DNA from: Callorhinchus milii
Lineage: Eukaryota
NCBI RefSeq assembly: GCF_018977255.1
Contig: NW_024704742.1
Span: forward strand, 103,604,001 to 103,668,000
Direction of reading: 5' to 3'
Length of the DNA: 64,000 nt
Shown: positions 1 through 14,305 of the stretch, one piece after another
Layout of the letters: each line of letters begins with the position of its first letter
Position numbering within the stretch: position 1 is the stretch's first letter
Translations under genes and position numbers: made by a program
The notes under the pieces: model-generated
Told to the model about the DNA's origin: nothing
What the model saw: only the letters and a program-made list of their open reading frames with translations
Databases searched by the model: none

Positions 1-3000
1 CAAATTAAAAACTGAATCAAAGAACTTTCAATTCTGTGTGACCTTAAATCTGTTTTAAAATGACTTGAGGTACCTCTTTAATATTGCTCCACCACCCTTG
101 TGAAAAACAGCAGCAAATCCCCCAGAAAAAAAATACCCCAGAACAAATAAACTGTGTTTTATGTCATAACTGGGAAAATTGTCCACAACATTAACAACGT
201 TTCTCCAGGAAATCTGTGTTTGTCACATAGAGTCCCAAGACCTTAGGGACTTAAACCTTGTGTACTTCGGGGTTAAATTGTATTGATAGATTTTTTGCAG
301 TAAAGGTTCTGGTTGAGCAGATTTCATATTTGAAACAGCATGCCCTGCAACATGAACAAAACACAAAATGCCCTGCAAAATCTTGTGCTGACAGTGGATC
401 TGTACTATCAATTAACTACAGAGGTGCTAATCTCAAATTGTACCTCTGTACAGAGGCATTTTAGATAAGAATGACAGATTTATTTACAAGAAAAACTGTG
501 CTGCTAGATTTCCAGGTTCCAGATATATGCTCATTGATGCCTGGAATGACGTGTTCAGGTCATTCTCCAGAAGGAATACTAAGGACTTTTTGTTCGATTC
601 TGGACGGTTTCAGAAGAAAACATCTGCCCAGCAATTATCAGCCAACAAGCCACTAAAAATTCCATTAGTACAGAAATAAAATGTCCACTCCCTGTCAGCT
701 GTTAATTCACCATCTTTGCTGGAAGAAATAAAGCACTGGTACCTATGCTTGAGATTTGCCCTGACTGCACCGAGGTGGTAACAGTGCAAAGTGGTAATCT
801 GGCAAGAAGCAGGGAAGAAAAAAACGTTTTATCAAGAAATGGCAACATTAAACAGCAGCTCAGACCGAGAAACGTGCCTCAGAATGTAAAGTCGTTGTCC
901 TCCAAGGAACTGCATATATAGGAACAGGAGTAGGTCATTCAACCCCTCAAGTCTGTTCTGCCATTCTATTAGATCACAGCTGCTCTGTAACTCAACTCCA
1001 ATTTTAATACATGTCATACATGTCACTCTGACCAACAAGAACTCAGCTTCAGCTGAAGTTGTATTCTTCCAAGTCAGCATGACATACATGGGGAACCCTA
1101 CAGGAGAGGTACTTCACAACTCAAAGCCCTTGATTTGTTTGGTGTGAGACACCACTCATGCTATCATATTCTGACAAGTGCTGTTTCAACCCCATGGTTC
1201 TAAAGTTCTTGTGAAATAAATCACAAAATGATACAGTATTTATCTCCAAGCTTAAAACGAAAGAACTAAACACCTAAACAAGGTGAACAAAGTAAACAAG
1301 GCATAGGTACAGATTACTCAAGATTAGTGAAAGCACATGAATCATTTTGCAATTAACACAGGTAGCAGAATGGACGAACCCAACATCCCAATAAAACATC
1401 CCAATAAAACATTTCCCCTCCCTAACCGCGAATGTTGAGGAAAATTGAAGCACCAGGTAATGTTAGAATAACTAACTCAGTGTTGTTCAATTGAAATCAC
1501 TCTCACAGCCACAGCATATCGGACAACCCTGATCTAACTCATCACTGATCTAACTGGGTCCTACCTGGTATCCTGGGATCAACAAATTGCTGGATAAATT
1601 TAAAGTCATCAAATGGCTTAAAGGCAATAATAATAATCCTTACATTTGATATTGCACCTTTCACATTAGGAGAATGTCTCAAAACGCTTCATAGGATTTA
1701 AGGTACTGTGTAGTAGTGACTGTGTAGTTGTGGGTAAATGTAGCAGCTAATTTTCACACAGCAATGAAGGTCATATTGAAGGTTATGCCATGCATCATCT
1801 GGTGTCAGTATAGCTGATGTCCCGCTGCATATTGAGAATGACACTGAAATAGGTATAAGTTCACAAATGTGTACATTTCTCTCATCCACAAATGAACGCA
1901 AGCATATTTTGCAAAGACGCTCCATCCAAGTAACACAGTACAACAAAAACAACATTTATATAGCTCTCATCACACAGCTAGCAACTCGGAGCACTTAACA
2001 GCATTGTGGCTTGACGCTGAGGTGAAAATGGAGGGGAGGTGACTGAAGGCATGGTGGAAGAGGAAAGTATTAAGTGTAATATGAAGACAGGTAAAAAGGG
2101 GCAAGATGGAAAGATTGAGGCAATGAGTTCCAAAGATAATTCCAAAGCCAGTAATAAGTTATATGTTTCCTCAAATCAAAGTAATGCTCACAACAGGTTA
2201 GTAAAGTTCACTGCAATGAATTGATCAGACCAAATAAAATGGCTTTGATGCGGAATCACCTTGTTAATCCATGTTGATTGTAGTATATCCCTCTTTTTCT
2301 TGATATTATTTACAGTTAGGTACTCCATTTCTAAACTCAGCTCCATTTCAAACTCAGCTTTCCTTTCCTTTAGACACATCAATCTTGCAAAGACATCTGG
2401 TAATCAGCTCCACAAAAACAAGTTTTGTCAATCGTCTCCTCCCGTTACCAATATCCAATAATTGTCAACGTCTCCTCACCTTTATCAAGATTCCAGCAGT
2501 TTGTTTTAAACAAGTCTGAAAAAGTCTGAGAAGGTCCATTTTGTAGCCAACAGAAATGTCTTATTAACGATGATGTTGACACTTTGTGTTCTGTAACATG
2601 CTTTCACGGTTCACAGCCACAGTTTTTCTGAAGAAAACAGATCCATGAACTTTTGAGATTTTTCTTTGGTCAACCCTTTGGTCAACTCGAGCAACCCAGA
2701 ATTCTGGATTGCTTACAGTACTGACAAGATTTACGTAATGAAATGTGGCTACTCAGCAGTGTATGTAGAGTCATTTGTTCCCCTATGACTCTTCATAATG
2801 AAAAATCAATGTAAAATACATTCCATAATAAATCTAACATTAAATTTCAATGTTCAAGAAGCTTATGGCGCAGCCATAAATTAAGAAATATTCAATCAAG
2901 AAAATTTATTGTGTTGGCCGATCAAAAAGGTTGACCACTACTGCTTTAAAAGATAAAACATCAAGCAGATATTTTTCATCTATCCAATGTTGTTCTTGCC

Positions 3001-4411
3001 TATTCTTGGAGCAGACCAGATAGACTGCAGTATTCTTTGGCTGGCCTCTAATTCCTATGGTCATTTGCCTAATGGAGAATATTCCAACACTTGGAGAATA
3101 CGTCCCTCGTGTTTTGAATGTCCAGCGCTTTGGACATCCTCCCGATGTGAAAGACACTATACAAATTGTCCTTGTTCAACAGCCAGTTGATCACATTACA
3201 TTTATATTTTATATTTTAAAGGATACTTTTGAACAGAAAATGAAGAGCTTTGCAGAGATACAAAGTATATCTGCCTTTTTTACGCAATTGAATTTGTGTG
3301 GAAATATTAATGCGAAAATCGCTAACTGCAGTGTGATGAGATTTTAAATAGTTTGCTCTATGTAGTAATGGTTGTTGTTACCATCTGGGTCTTTGTGTAA
3401 GTGCATAACTATTCAGTCATCTGCGATTGAGTATATAAACCCTTATGGTAAAGCTTTGAATAAGAATGTTAAAACTTGCAGAAATCTACAAAGATGGAAG
3501 CCAAGAGGCAGCCATGAAATATTTAGGTTGGATTAACTAACACAGGGTCCGAAACATATTTGATGAACATATAATAGTATTCCACAAGGCACTTGAAAGA
3601 GGTGCATTGGGTCAAATGAACAATGCAGTCAAGAGATGGCAAATTATATTCAAAAGTCTAATTAAAATTTACACAGCTACTTCTGGACGACAGAAGTTTC
3701 TGAGTTAGTTATGCTATACTTTATAAGGGAAGGTAAATCCAACAGTACCGTTTATGTAGATTAATTTTATATAGATTAATAGATTGAATTTATGGTATTT
3801 CTTAATTAAGAAATCCAGGCATCTGTGAGGCCGAATGGCAGGAGTTCTGCTCCAACTCAATTTATTTTCACAGCACAGTTGCCACGAGTTGGAATGACAC
3901 ACGTGACCTACCTCTAGTTACCAAAAGGAATCCCCATTCGGATTAATCAAAGAAGAAATCCATTACAAAATACCACAAAATTAACCCCTATGTGTGTCAT
4001 CCATCCAAACTTGTTGGTCTCATTCTCAGTATATTTAAGCCCAAATAATTTTAATGGTGGATAATGAATGCCTCACTGTTGTCTACTTAACAATCTCAAA
4101 GGTATCATGAGAACAGCAAAATTGATTCATCTGCAATTAGTTAGCAAAGAAGCAACCTCCAGCATCCTGACTGATGATGATATATTTTAATGTCCTCCAT
4201 GATCTTGAACCAATAATTCCATTTTTGTCCATCCAGTAGGTTTATAAATCGTGACTCATTTTGTTAAGTGCACATCACTCAAAATAGACTTGCTAACATA
4301 ATTGTTTTTGAAATTCTCATGCTCAGTCAGCAATGTAGCAAACATAAATTGCTGTTCCATAAGGTAAGTCTCTCCACTGCCCATGTTTCAAGGTAATATA
4401 TATAATAATTA

Positions 4412-5780
4412 CAATGGGCCTGGCATCCTCTGCCAGGCCCATCTTGGCCCTCAGCCGCCGTGACCCGAGCCACCCCCCCACCCCCGAAATTGCTCCCCCT
4501 TCCACTCCCCACACTCCACTACTCCTAATCAGTCCTTCTCTCCCACAACTTTCTCTCTCTCCTGGACCCCATCATTGCCTCCCTCTGCTCCAGCCTGGGC
4601 ATCCTCCACCAGGCCCATTGTGACTCTCGGTGATGGTTGTCCCAAAGCAGCAACTCCAACTGCCCCATCATCCACTCTCCCCAACACAGCCGCCTCCCCA
4701 ACCTCCAAACGACAAACACCCATTCCCTCATCCATATTCTTACCCTTCCAAACTTCCCCCCACTGTCCACAGTCAATTGTCCCCCAAAGCTTAAAACCCA
4801 CCCTTCCTTCCCCCTGAAGCCTTCCTCCATCAGCACACATACTCGCATTTCTCTCCAAGATGTCTGCTGCCTCTTGAATAAAGCCATCACCATCCAGGAC
4901 CTCATCCTGGACGAGAACATCAACATTCTTGAGCTCACAGAAACCTGCCTGTCCCCCTAATCAAAACCTCCCCTCCTGGCTACACATTTCCTGCCCTCCT
5001 GCCCCCGCACAAACCGACGTGGCTGCAGGGTGACCCTCATCTCCCAAACTTCCCTCACTCTATCCCCTTAATCCTCCATTTCCTTCCCTCATTTTGAACA
5101 CCTAACCATTTCTCTCTCTGCTTCAAAATCCTCCTCATTTATCATCCTCCCAAACTGTCTGGTTCCATCATCCCCAACATCTCCTCCCTCCTCTCATCCC
5201 TCTGCCTCTGCACTAAACACCTGATCATAATGGGTAATTTCAACCCTCACGTAAGCTATAGCCTCTCCCTCTCGCAGGCCAACACTGCCTTTTATTCCAA
5301 AACCAATTTGGAGACCAAAAATAACCCAAAGGCATTATTCTCCACCATCCATCAGCTCCTCCGCACGCCAAAACCCCTAAGTTGCCTTCATCCTCACTTC
5401 AATCATCGTGCAAATAGGTCCTAGACTTCTTTATGTCAAAGAGTGAAAACATCCGCTTCGCTGCATCCTCCTTCCCTATGTCCCCTTCCACAACCCCCAG
5501 ACTGTCTACACCAACCCCTCCTTCCACCACGGATCCTACCACTACCCCTCACTTCCCCCTCTCTACACTCCTTTGGCCCGATTACTTCCACCTCCCTCTT
5601 AACCACCATCTTCCAGATGAAGCCCACTCATTCCCTCCATTCCACCATTGGTGGCGGTGCTTTCAGTCACTATACCCCGAAACTCTGGAACATTCTTCCT
5701 CTATTCCTCCACCTTGCCCCTTCCTTCTCCATCTACAGGTCACTCCTGAAGACCTTCCTATTCGACCGTACTTCAAAAAC
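4412..5780 (+). mobile_element. L2 LINE, 5'-proximal copy with large internal deletions
   Basis: EN start ISLQDVCCLLNKAITIQDLILDENINILELTETCL, IMGNFN, KNNPKALFSTI, and C-terminal TIGGGAFSHYTPKLWN..LKTFLF. Confidence 0.9.
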
Positions 5781-6834
5781 GATATTGATCATGTGATCAA
5801 CCAAATGGTATCTCATTTCAGTGAAAATTTATCCATATTTACCAAAATATTCCAATATGGAGATCTATTTCACGGGTTGTGCTAACATTTGTGAACATGT
5901 GATAAAGTGGATCAAGGGTATCTGTTAATAGGTAAATACCACTCAATGTTTCATAATTATTTTCATTGGTTATTAATTAAAAGCAGCTGTGTTCGTTTCT
6001 GTACACCTGGATTTACACATGGTTAGCACAACCTGCAAATTAGACCCTAAGCACATTCCGTGTAGGTCTGCCTGTAGTTTCTGCTAATGTTATTCCTAGG
6101 CCTAATTTAATCCATCAAACCTACACCATCTGCTTTCATTCTCACTTTGGTACTGTCTTGGTGGCAGTTATTTTTTAAATCTTCAGGGATAAACCCACCC
6201 GCTCGCACTCATTAACTAAAATTGAATATAATCTAGTGCAGAATTACTTGATGGCAAGATTAGAACTGAACAAATTGGAGATACAATGTAGCTCTCTAAA
6301 GGCTTGAAAGATCATGTAATATTTGTTCAGTGGCGTAAGTCCCTGCAGTTAGTTTAATTCATTATCACAGTTGTAGGAGGTGAAGAAATGATGCATGGTG
6401 ATGACTAATTATAATGTATTTTTCAATTATGCATTGCTGTGTCTGACAGACAGCTCAAGCAACATTGTTCAGCATCAAGATGCTAAGGATTAGGTTGGAC
6501 CAAAGAAAAGCAATACCTAAAGAGATCAGTCTAAAACACTCCCCTCTTGACTTTAGAAATAAGTGCTGCTGACTTGTATTACTTCCCTCAAAGGCTTCCA
6601 AATAAAAAATACACATGGCAATGTTGCTGAGTCATAAATGCAGATGTTACATTCTATGTAATACATTCTAAATAAAATTGGTCATTCACTTCATGGTTGT
6701 TTGTGGGACATGGCTGTGCACAAATTGAATGGCACATTCGCCTACAAAAAACGCAGTTACTCCAGTTTATCCAGAGGATTGCATTCAGTTTTGGTACTGC
6801 ACCTCAGGAAGGACATATTGCCTTTTTTTCTTGG

Positions 6835-7182
6835 TCAGTCGGGTGTCTGACTAGCGAGAATACTTGGGTTCAATTGCCAGGGCTGGGCAAAATCTTAAGC
6901 AAGTTTCCTTACTCCACACACCTCTGTTTACTTAGCAGTAAGTAAAAACCCAATTGTTAGTCAATTGGCGGATCACTTTACGGAGGTAATAAGCCCTTTT
7001 AAAAAAAATTGGTCACTCAATCCACGACTCTTTGTGGACACTGCTGTGTGCAATTGGCAGCTGTGTTTCGCCCACAAAATATACAGACAATTCACTTTAC
7101 AGTATATTCTCTGAAACACTTTGAGATATCTCAAAGACGTGATAGGCGCTATATCAAATGCAAGGATTAACATTATTATTAT
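6835..7182 (+). mobile_element. CORE+Deu SINE (long variant)
   Basis: Same body and tail as the 27771 and 32153 copies. Confidence 0.88.
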
Positions 7183-7529
7183 CTTTGATTTGAGGTGATA
7201 ACACCATTTTGATTGAATGATTTGATGTATTGAAAACACATTATTCATAGCACCAACGTCATAGTTAGAGTTGGCCTCTTTCATTCAGATCACCAAATTT
7301 GTCTTCCAATGGATCAAGAGCAGTAAAACATTTTTTTTTCACCTTCCAACTTCTCTCCTTCTGACAAATGCTACTCAAGTATAGTGCTGGGATCCCTCCA
7401 GTGCCTTGTCTTGTTAACTATTCTTTTTGTGAGTTTAGATAAAACAACAAAATTACATTTATAGAGCGCCTTTCACTTCGGGAGAATGTCCCAAAGCGCT
7501 GATAATGCATGCCACAGGCTCTCGGATAG

Positions 7530-7765
7530 TGGGGATATTCAGCTGAGGCTGAACTACCTATACACCTGTATAGCAAGGACTGCTGGAAGGTGGTCAGAAG
7601 AGGTAACCCTGGCTGAGTTGTGCCCTCTGTAATCAAGGGATGCTGAGGCCAATTGTAATTCTCCTATTGTCTCGCAGGCTGAGATCAGGTAACTCAGCAC
7701 AGAGTGCGATAAGTTATTTTTATGGCCCACTTTCACTTTATGCAGTGGTCTTACCATCCGAGCCA
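7530..7765 (-). mobile_element. AmnSINE2-like (Nin-type) ancient SINE relic
   Basis: Minus strand CTGTGCTGAGTTACCTGATCTCAGCC..ACAATTGGCCTCAGC..TCAGCCAGGGTT matches the AmnSINE2 consensus as remembered. Related pieces lie at ~8590-8770(-) and ~45195-45335(-). Confidence 0.65.
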
Positions 7766-9214
7766 GGAGAAAGTAATTTAATTGAAAGCCATCTCCTTTT
7801 TTAAGGCTCCATGTAAAGATTTCAAATTTCCTTTAGTTCCTCCTCAGGAGAAATATGTTCAAACGATTACCTGTCACCCTAGTGGAGACCCAATATTTCA
7901 GAATGAAAAGATGCCAAAGTTGGACTCAGTGAGATTACCCATGGGCTCAGTCAGTGAACTTAGTCAGTGTGATAACTTGCATTGCCAAGCTGGGCATCAA
8001 CAGTCTTTTTATCCCTAGATACAAATCTGAGTCTTTTTTTTAGCTAAGCACCCGATGGTGAGTATACAACAATGTATTGAGTTCAAAATGATGGACAGCT
8101 TTGAATTGTCATTCAGGAAACAAAAGAATGGCAGTTCTGTTAGCTGTCTACAGAATCAGCTAATGTTATCCAAGGACTCATCTGGGATCGTCATGTCATG
8201 CGCTGCCACAAATTATACATTTTCCCTTCCAGAGAAGAGAGATTTTAAAAGCATCATGATGATTCACATTTCTATGGCACCTGTCGTGTAAAAGAAGCTT
8301 CTGAAATACTTCACAGTATGTGATAAATTAGATATATCATGTAGAAACTTGAATGAGGAGTTACTTTGAAAGAGCAACTTAAGGAGTAATGTTCTTCTGG
8401 ACCACACAGCTCCAGACACACATGTGAATAAATTCAGAGGCTATTTCTCATTGCAAACAATTCATTTTAGTGATCAAATTATCAAAGCAATTGCTTTTCA
8501 TTTTTTTATATAAAAGAATCCCTCCTGCTTTCCTGAAATAGCTAACTCATGTTTAGGTACATTGAATTGGCACCAGTTAGCTTCATTACCTTATCTAAGT
8601 GCATATTTTGATATGTCCATTGGACATTGGGCATCAGCAAACTATTGGGTGCAGATACTTCACAACAAAGCCAATCCATCTTCACTCGAGATCCACCTAC
8701 ACCCTTTCCAGCAAGGGGTGATTGAATCATGATCAGGTAATTCCAGAGAGCAGGGGTATACTGGCTGAAAGTTCAGCCACTGATGATTGATTAAAGACTT
8801 CAACAACTTATACACTATCATGGTAGCTTTATAGGAGTAGGTGCTCCTGACTGCACCAATTCATTAGGCGAAATATATAGCCACTGCCGTTATAACTGTC
8901 TGGAAATAATTCCATATTATTGACTGGGTAGTGCAGATTATCAGTTGTAAGTGTGTCATTTTGGATAAATATCCAGTGCATCGGGTCTCAGACAGTGAAC
9001 AAGATTCAATCGGTTTTAGCTGTGATCAAACTGAGTCTTACCGGTTGTATAAAGTAGTATTCCTTTATTATATAGCCGAGATGTTCATTAACTGCTGGTA
9101 GTGAAGCAGCAATTATGAATTAAAAACCATTGAATCAGGCCAGAAGTTTCCCTAATGACCATCACCCTCACCCTCCTCTTGCTTAGGAAGCTTTCAGTGA
9201 AGTTAGCAGATTGG

Positions 9215-9510
9215 TCATTAATTCCATAATGTTTCTGAAAAGCTTCATATCTAGAACCTTATCAAATGCTTTCTGAAAATCTAAGATGATAATGCCCACT
9301 GGATTTAATTATCCCCCATTCTACCTCAAATAATTCCCCATTACAAAATTGTTCTTTAGATGAATATCATTAGTGTCTTATGTGTAAATATCAAGCATTT
9401 TCTCTGCAACGGTATGGATATTAATATAACTGATCGGTCATTCCCCTCTCATGTTTCACTCCCTTTTGTATAACCGCATTTTTTTCATTATCCTCCAGTT
9501 CTCTGATACA
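9215..9510 (-). mobile_element. Old CR1-type RT fragment
   Basis: Reverse strand ILDFQKAFDKVL at ~9255-9290. Confidence 0.65.
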
Positions 9511-11238
9511 ATAAGCTCTATTTGACCCTTGTTACATTTGACTCTCACATCCAATGACACTTGTAAAATGATTAACCAGAACCTCATCTATTTCCTTACT
9601 CGTATAATTGAGGATCTGAGATTCTATGCCATCTGGTGTCTTTGCACTGCAGATGCTGGTTTAATAGAACGTACTAGGCAATCACATTTCAGCAGATATT
9701 TGTACCTCAGTGTTCACTGTATTTATTAATGTTTTTGAACATCACTGTCCATGAGCTGATAAATTACAGAATCAGATGATCTGTCCAGCAGTCTCAAGGT
9801 TAACATTGTTGTTTTGTTTGTTGCTTTTATTCATTGAAATTGGGGGAGTTTGATGATGTTTATCAAAAAAATATGTTCATTGCAACCGCACAACTTAAAA
9901 ATAGACCGCCTTTGCCATCTGTCATTAGTCATTCACTTCATGTAAATAATGCCCATCTTGCATTGCTAATAGGGAAGTCATGTCATTTTCAGGAATGGAG
10001 CAATTCCTAAAGGAAAACTGCTCTGCTATTCAATTTCAATCACATTGGCCAGTTTGTGCAACTGAGCATGTGAACAATGTTCTGAGAACTGATTCTAGAA
10101 TGGTATAAGTGTGAGGGTCAGATGGGATGGTCCTTTGGACAGCTCCAGAACTTGGAAGGGAACATCTCTGAGGGAAACCAAACTTGAATCCAGTATTTAT
10201 TCAACCACAACAACAACTTGCATTTATATAGCACCCCTTACACAGGGTAGCATCCCAAAATGCTTATTCGGCAGTGTGTGAATGGATGATCTGCTGAAAC
10301 CACCTCAAGATGCTCTTAGCAGCCAGAATATGAGTGGTTCACTTACAGATCACATTGATTTATACTGCATTTCATTTGAAAAAGAATTGGGAGTTTTTCC
10401 TGATGCCCTGACCAACATAACCCCAATCATTGATAATTTACCTCATAGTTGTTTGTGGGAGCTTCTACGATTGGCAACAAAAATAGTGATAATATCATAA
10501 TAATAATCCTTGCATGTGATATAGCACCTTATCATGTTGTCAAGACGTCTCAAAAATTTTCACTGTAAATCAATCAATTTCTAACTGCATACACATACTG
10601 TTTCCTGAGCCAATTCCAGAAGGACATATTATAATATATACACATATATATATATAACTATTATAATCCCTTATTATAGTTATTTTTCCATACTCAGCAC
10701 TGACATGATACTCAGGAGAATGTAGACAATCTGCACAACCATATGATAATACATTCACTGTATTAATTGAAAGAACAATATTATACACAATTCATTTTGA
10801 CGAAGTGAATCAAGAAAGTTAACCTTTTCTATTTGTGATCATTTGTAATGGGATTCCTAAAGAATCTGAGTAGCAACTGAATTCTTCTGGTAATTTAAGC
10901 AAATTCAGTATGTCATTGCAACCCTTGGGAAGTAGATCACATTAGAGCAGTGATTCCAGAAGTTAGCGGATGTGATTCTGATTTTGTTATTAAGAAATGC
11001 CATTAGAAATTGATGCATTTTATACACAAATAATAATGAAAAATTCCAAACCAAACTCACTGAAATTATTCATATATATTTCTCGCAAAAGTATAATTGG
11101 AACTATTTCAGAATCCTGTAATGAACTCCCCTCGGAGAGCCAGAGGACAGGGAACCCCCTCAATTACTCCTAACCTGTTTTTGAAATGACTGCACTATGA
11201 AAGCCTGTAATTCATCACCTCAAAGTCCATTATAATGA

Positions 11239-12919
11239 TGTATATAATCAGATATGAATAATGAATAATAGCATGTGACAAGACATTTTGAAATGTTCAT
11301 TTACGTGACAGAGGCTATATGGGGTGCAAGTTGTTGTGTAACTTGTATTTTTATAACATCAGAATAATTAATTAATATAAATAAATAACCCAACTGTGGT
11401 AGCCTGTCATTCAGCCTCAGTGCTGCACATGTAATATTTGTGGAAAAACAGCTTTACATTTTTTTATTTAAAATAATGATTCAACGGCAAACAGATACAT
11501 ATACTGTGAAAGCAATATAATTCAATATGCTTTTGTGCTGTCTTGGAAAAAATATTGCACATCTGATGTTTTCCATTATGAAATGCAACACCGGAACTTC
11601 TTGATTAAGATTAGTCTTAATCTGTGACCACACTTGGTATCATCAGAGATTGAAGAAAGACAAAGGGTGCAATGTTCATTGTAAAACAATTTTCCAATTC
11701 TCCCTGCCCTTTGCTGCCACCTAGCGTGAAGGAGGAATATGAATGAAAAGAGACATAAAACTTCAAGATATATTTTGCTGAGATTATTTTTTAAACTCAC
11801 CAGATAATTTTGGGGGGGGATTATCCAGGTGTCTACCACATTCAGAAACCCATCACCATGCTTAAAAGTATTCAAACCAGACTGAGAGTTCCACATATGA
11901 TATGTAAGCCATCTCCACGTGGAAATCTCTCCGCATCTGGAATGGAATGTGTACTCTCTCTCACACTGTTTATCTAATTCCAGAGAGTGTTAGGCACAGA
12001 ATGGCAAGAGCCAAGACTTTGTAACCTAGAGTATACACTGGGGTACTGCTGGAGTTTAACCAACTATAAATGCACAGTTTGCCATTGAAAGCACTGGCTG
12101 GCACATTTCCCTTACCAGGGCCATTCGGGCTTTGGTTTGCAGATTTAAGAACGGTCTGCTCCTCCAAGTCCTGCCGATGAGCCAGGCTGGCTGGTCTGTC
12201 ATCAGCAGTGCCTGGACTAGCACGGACCTGCCTGGCTCAGGAATCAGATCACAGAGACCACCATAAAGAATTGACTCGATTCGAACATTCCATTGCTTAG
12301 CACATCACCTGGGATCCAGTTCAACTCTGAGGAGACCCTATTCAGCTCCAGGTATTTTAATATAAAATACCTGGAGCACAGTTTCGCTCAATTTTCCTGT
12401 TTTCACGTGAGCACTTATTGATTAAACAAAAATGCAAGGCATAATATGCAACTTTTACTGATGCCCAAAGGGACATTATTGATTATAATGTAATAAACCT
12501 GCCTGTGTAAGATGATTGTCTCATTTATTAAGAGTCAGTAGCCCAGAAAGACCAGTGATAATAAGCTAGTATAATGAAGTTTCAATGTGAATTTACATTG
12601 ATGATCTGCAATCTGCTAATCATTTGATTTCTGATTTGTTTTACACCTTCTGGGATATTAAAAAGAAGCCTGGAATGTTCTACTGTCAAATAAACAGTGG
12701 TTGTTTATTTGTATATTTGTATATGATCAGATATGAATAATGTGACAAAACATCTTGAAATGTTCATTTACGTGACAGAGGCTACATGGGGTGCAAATTG
12801 TTGTGTAACTTGTTTTTTTTATAACATCAGAATAATTAATTAATATAAATAAATAACCCAACTGTAGTAGGCTGTCATTCAGCCTCAGTGCCGCATACTT
12901 TGCATGTAATACTTATGGA
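11239..12919 (+). repeat. ~200-bp direct repeat pair (11239-11444 and 12718-12919)
   Basis: Shared TTTACGTGACAGAGGCTA..ATAACATCAGAATAATTAATTAATATAAATAAATAACCCAACTGT..TGTCATTCAGCCTCAGTG. Confidence 0.92.
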
Positions 12920-13917
12920 TTTATAAAGACAATTCAGAAAATACTTCATTGTTAATCAAACTTTACTTGTACTTGTGGTTCCCCAGCATTTATAATTACT
13001 TTTTTTAAAATTATTTATTTTCTTTGCTTCCCTTTTTTTACTGTGTCCATTCCCCTCGTCATCCCAAATTAAAAGGATATTGCAAACACTTGGAAACCCC
13101 ATTATCATTCATTAAGGCATGAGTAAGAACAACTTGAGGTGACTTACTTGTGGGAAGCATCCAGCTTCCCCACAACAGTGTAACTCAGATCAGGACTTGA
13201 GCTAAAAACCTATGCTTGTATGGCATGTCACTCTCTGTCAATCAATCTCATTCGATTTTCGCATTCCAGTTTGTACCGAATCTTCGATGGTATTTGGCAT
13301 TTGTGATAAACAGTTCGGTAATGGAGTGAAATTCAGGAATATGCTGAATAGATGCAACAGTAATATTCGCCAAGATTTCTCTTAAAGATGCTTTAATGAG
13401 TTTATCCAGCTCTCAGAATATCCCCTGAACTGGTGACAGGTTAGTTCATGACTACTTAAAGTCTTCAAATTCTCTCCCTTATTACTCACTGTAACAATTC
13501 TCAATCCTTTTTGATGCCCATTAATTATAGAACCTTAGAAAAGTACAACACTGCAGGAGGCAATTCGGACCTCCTTATGTATCAGTGTTTGCACTTAGAA
13601 GAAACCATCCACTTTAATCCCCATTCACTGCTCTTTCCTAGTGTCCTCCAATACCTCTTCACTGCATGTGGTTGTTCATTTTTTTAAAAATGTGCCATTA
13701 GTATTCGTTATGCTTCTGTGAGGTAAGAGATGGGTCTAATTTAACATTGTTTTTCCTTTGTGCTAATGAAACATAGGAATTGTGCTCTCATGATTCAACT
13801 TATGAATAAATGAGTTAAATGCTTAAATCTACTTACCCTCATAATAGCCTTTTTTGTAATCATAAAAGCATCTGACCTTGATTTATTCAGAAAGCTTTTA
13901 AGATAGAACATGTAACT

Positions 13918-14038
13918 ATGTAAGTTTCCTTACTCCATTCACCCCTGTTCACCCAGCAGTAAGTAGAAACCTGGTTGTTAGTTGATTGGCGGATCGCTTT
14001 TCCACAAACAATAATCCTTTCAAAAAATAATAATAAAG

Positions 14039-14117
<79 letters not shown>

Positions 14118-14305
14118 AAAGTTAGTCACTCAATCCACGACTGTTTGTGGGACACTGCTGTGCGCAATTGGCTATTGGGTTTTGCCCACAAAATATACAG
14201 TCAACTCACTTTACAGTATATTCTGTGAAGGTCTTTGAGATGTTTCAAAGACATGATAAGGGGCTATATCAAATCCAAGGATTATTATTAGTAGTATTAT
14301 TATTA
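13918..14305 (+). mobile_element. CORE+Deu SINE, 5'-truncated, containing (AAAG)n
   Basis: AAGTTTCCTTACTCCA...GGATTATTATTA. Confidence 0.88.
14036..14120 (+). repeat. (AAAG)n microsatellite
   Basis: About 20 units, expanded in the A-rich middle of a SINE. Confidence 0.98.

Noticed and set aside
417..455. Short hairpin TACAGAGGT..ACCTCTGTA as a terminator
   Set aside because: A 9-bp stem with no U-tract in eukaryotic DNA; plausible by chance.
2170..2720. Protein-looking minus-strand frame (LLELTKGLTKEKSQKF..., WINKVIPHQSHF) as a death-fold, viral or LINE fossil
   Set aside because: It has about as many stops as expected for AT-rich DNA and no motif I can assign with confidence.
8900..10760. 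Crypton/Eulor-like end motifs (TTCCTTTATTATATAG, TCCCTTATTATAG; also ~25900 and ~53980)
   Set aside because: Only short AT-rich resemblances, with no clear palindromic body to support them.
13887..14238. KERK/FLSF repeat proteins
   Set aside because: Translation of the (AAAG)n microsatellite.
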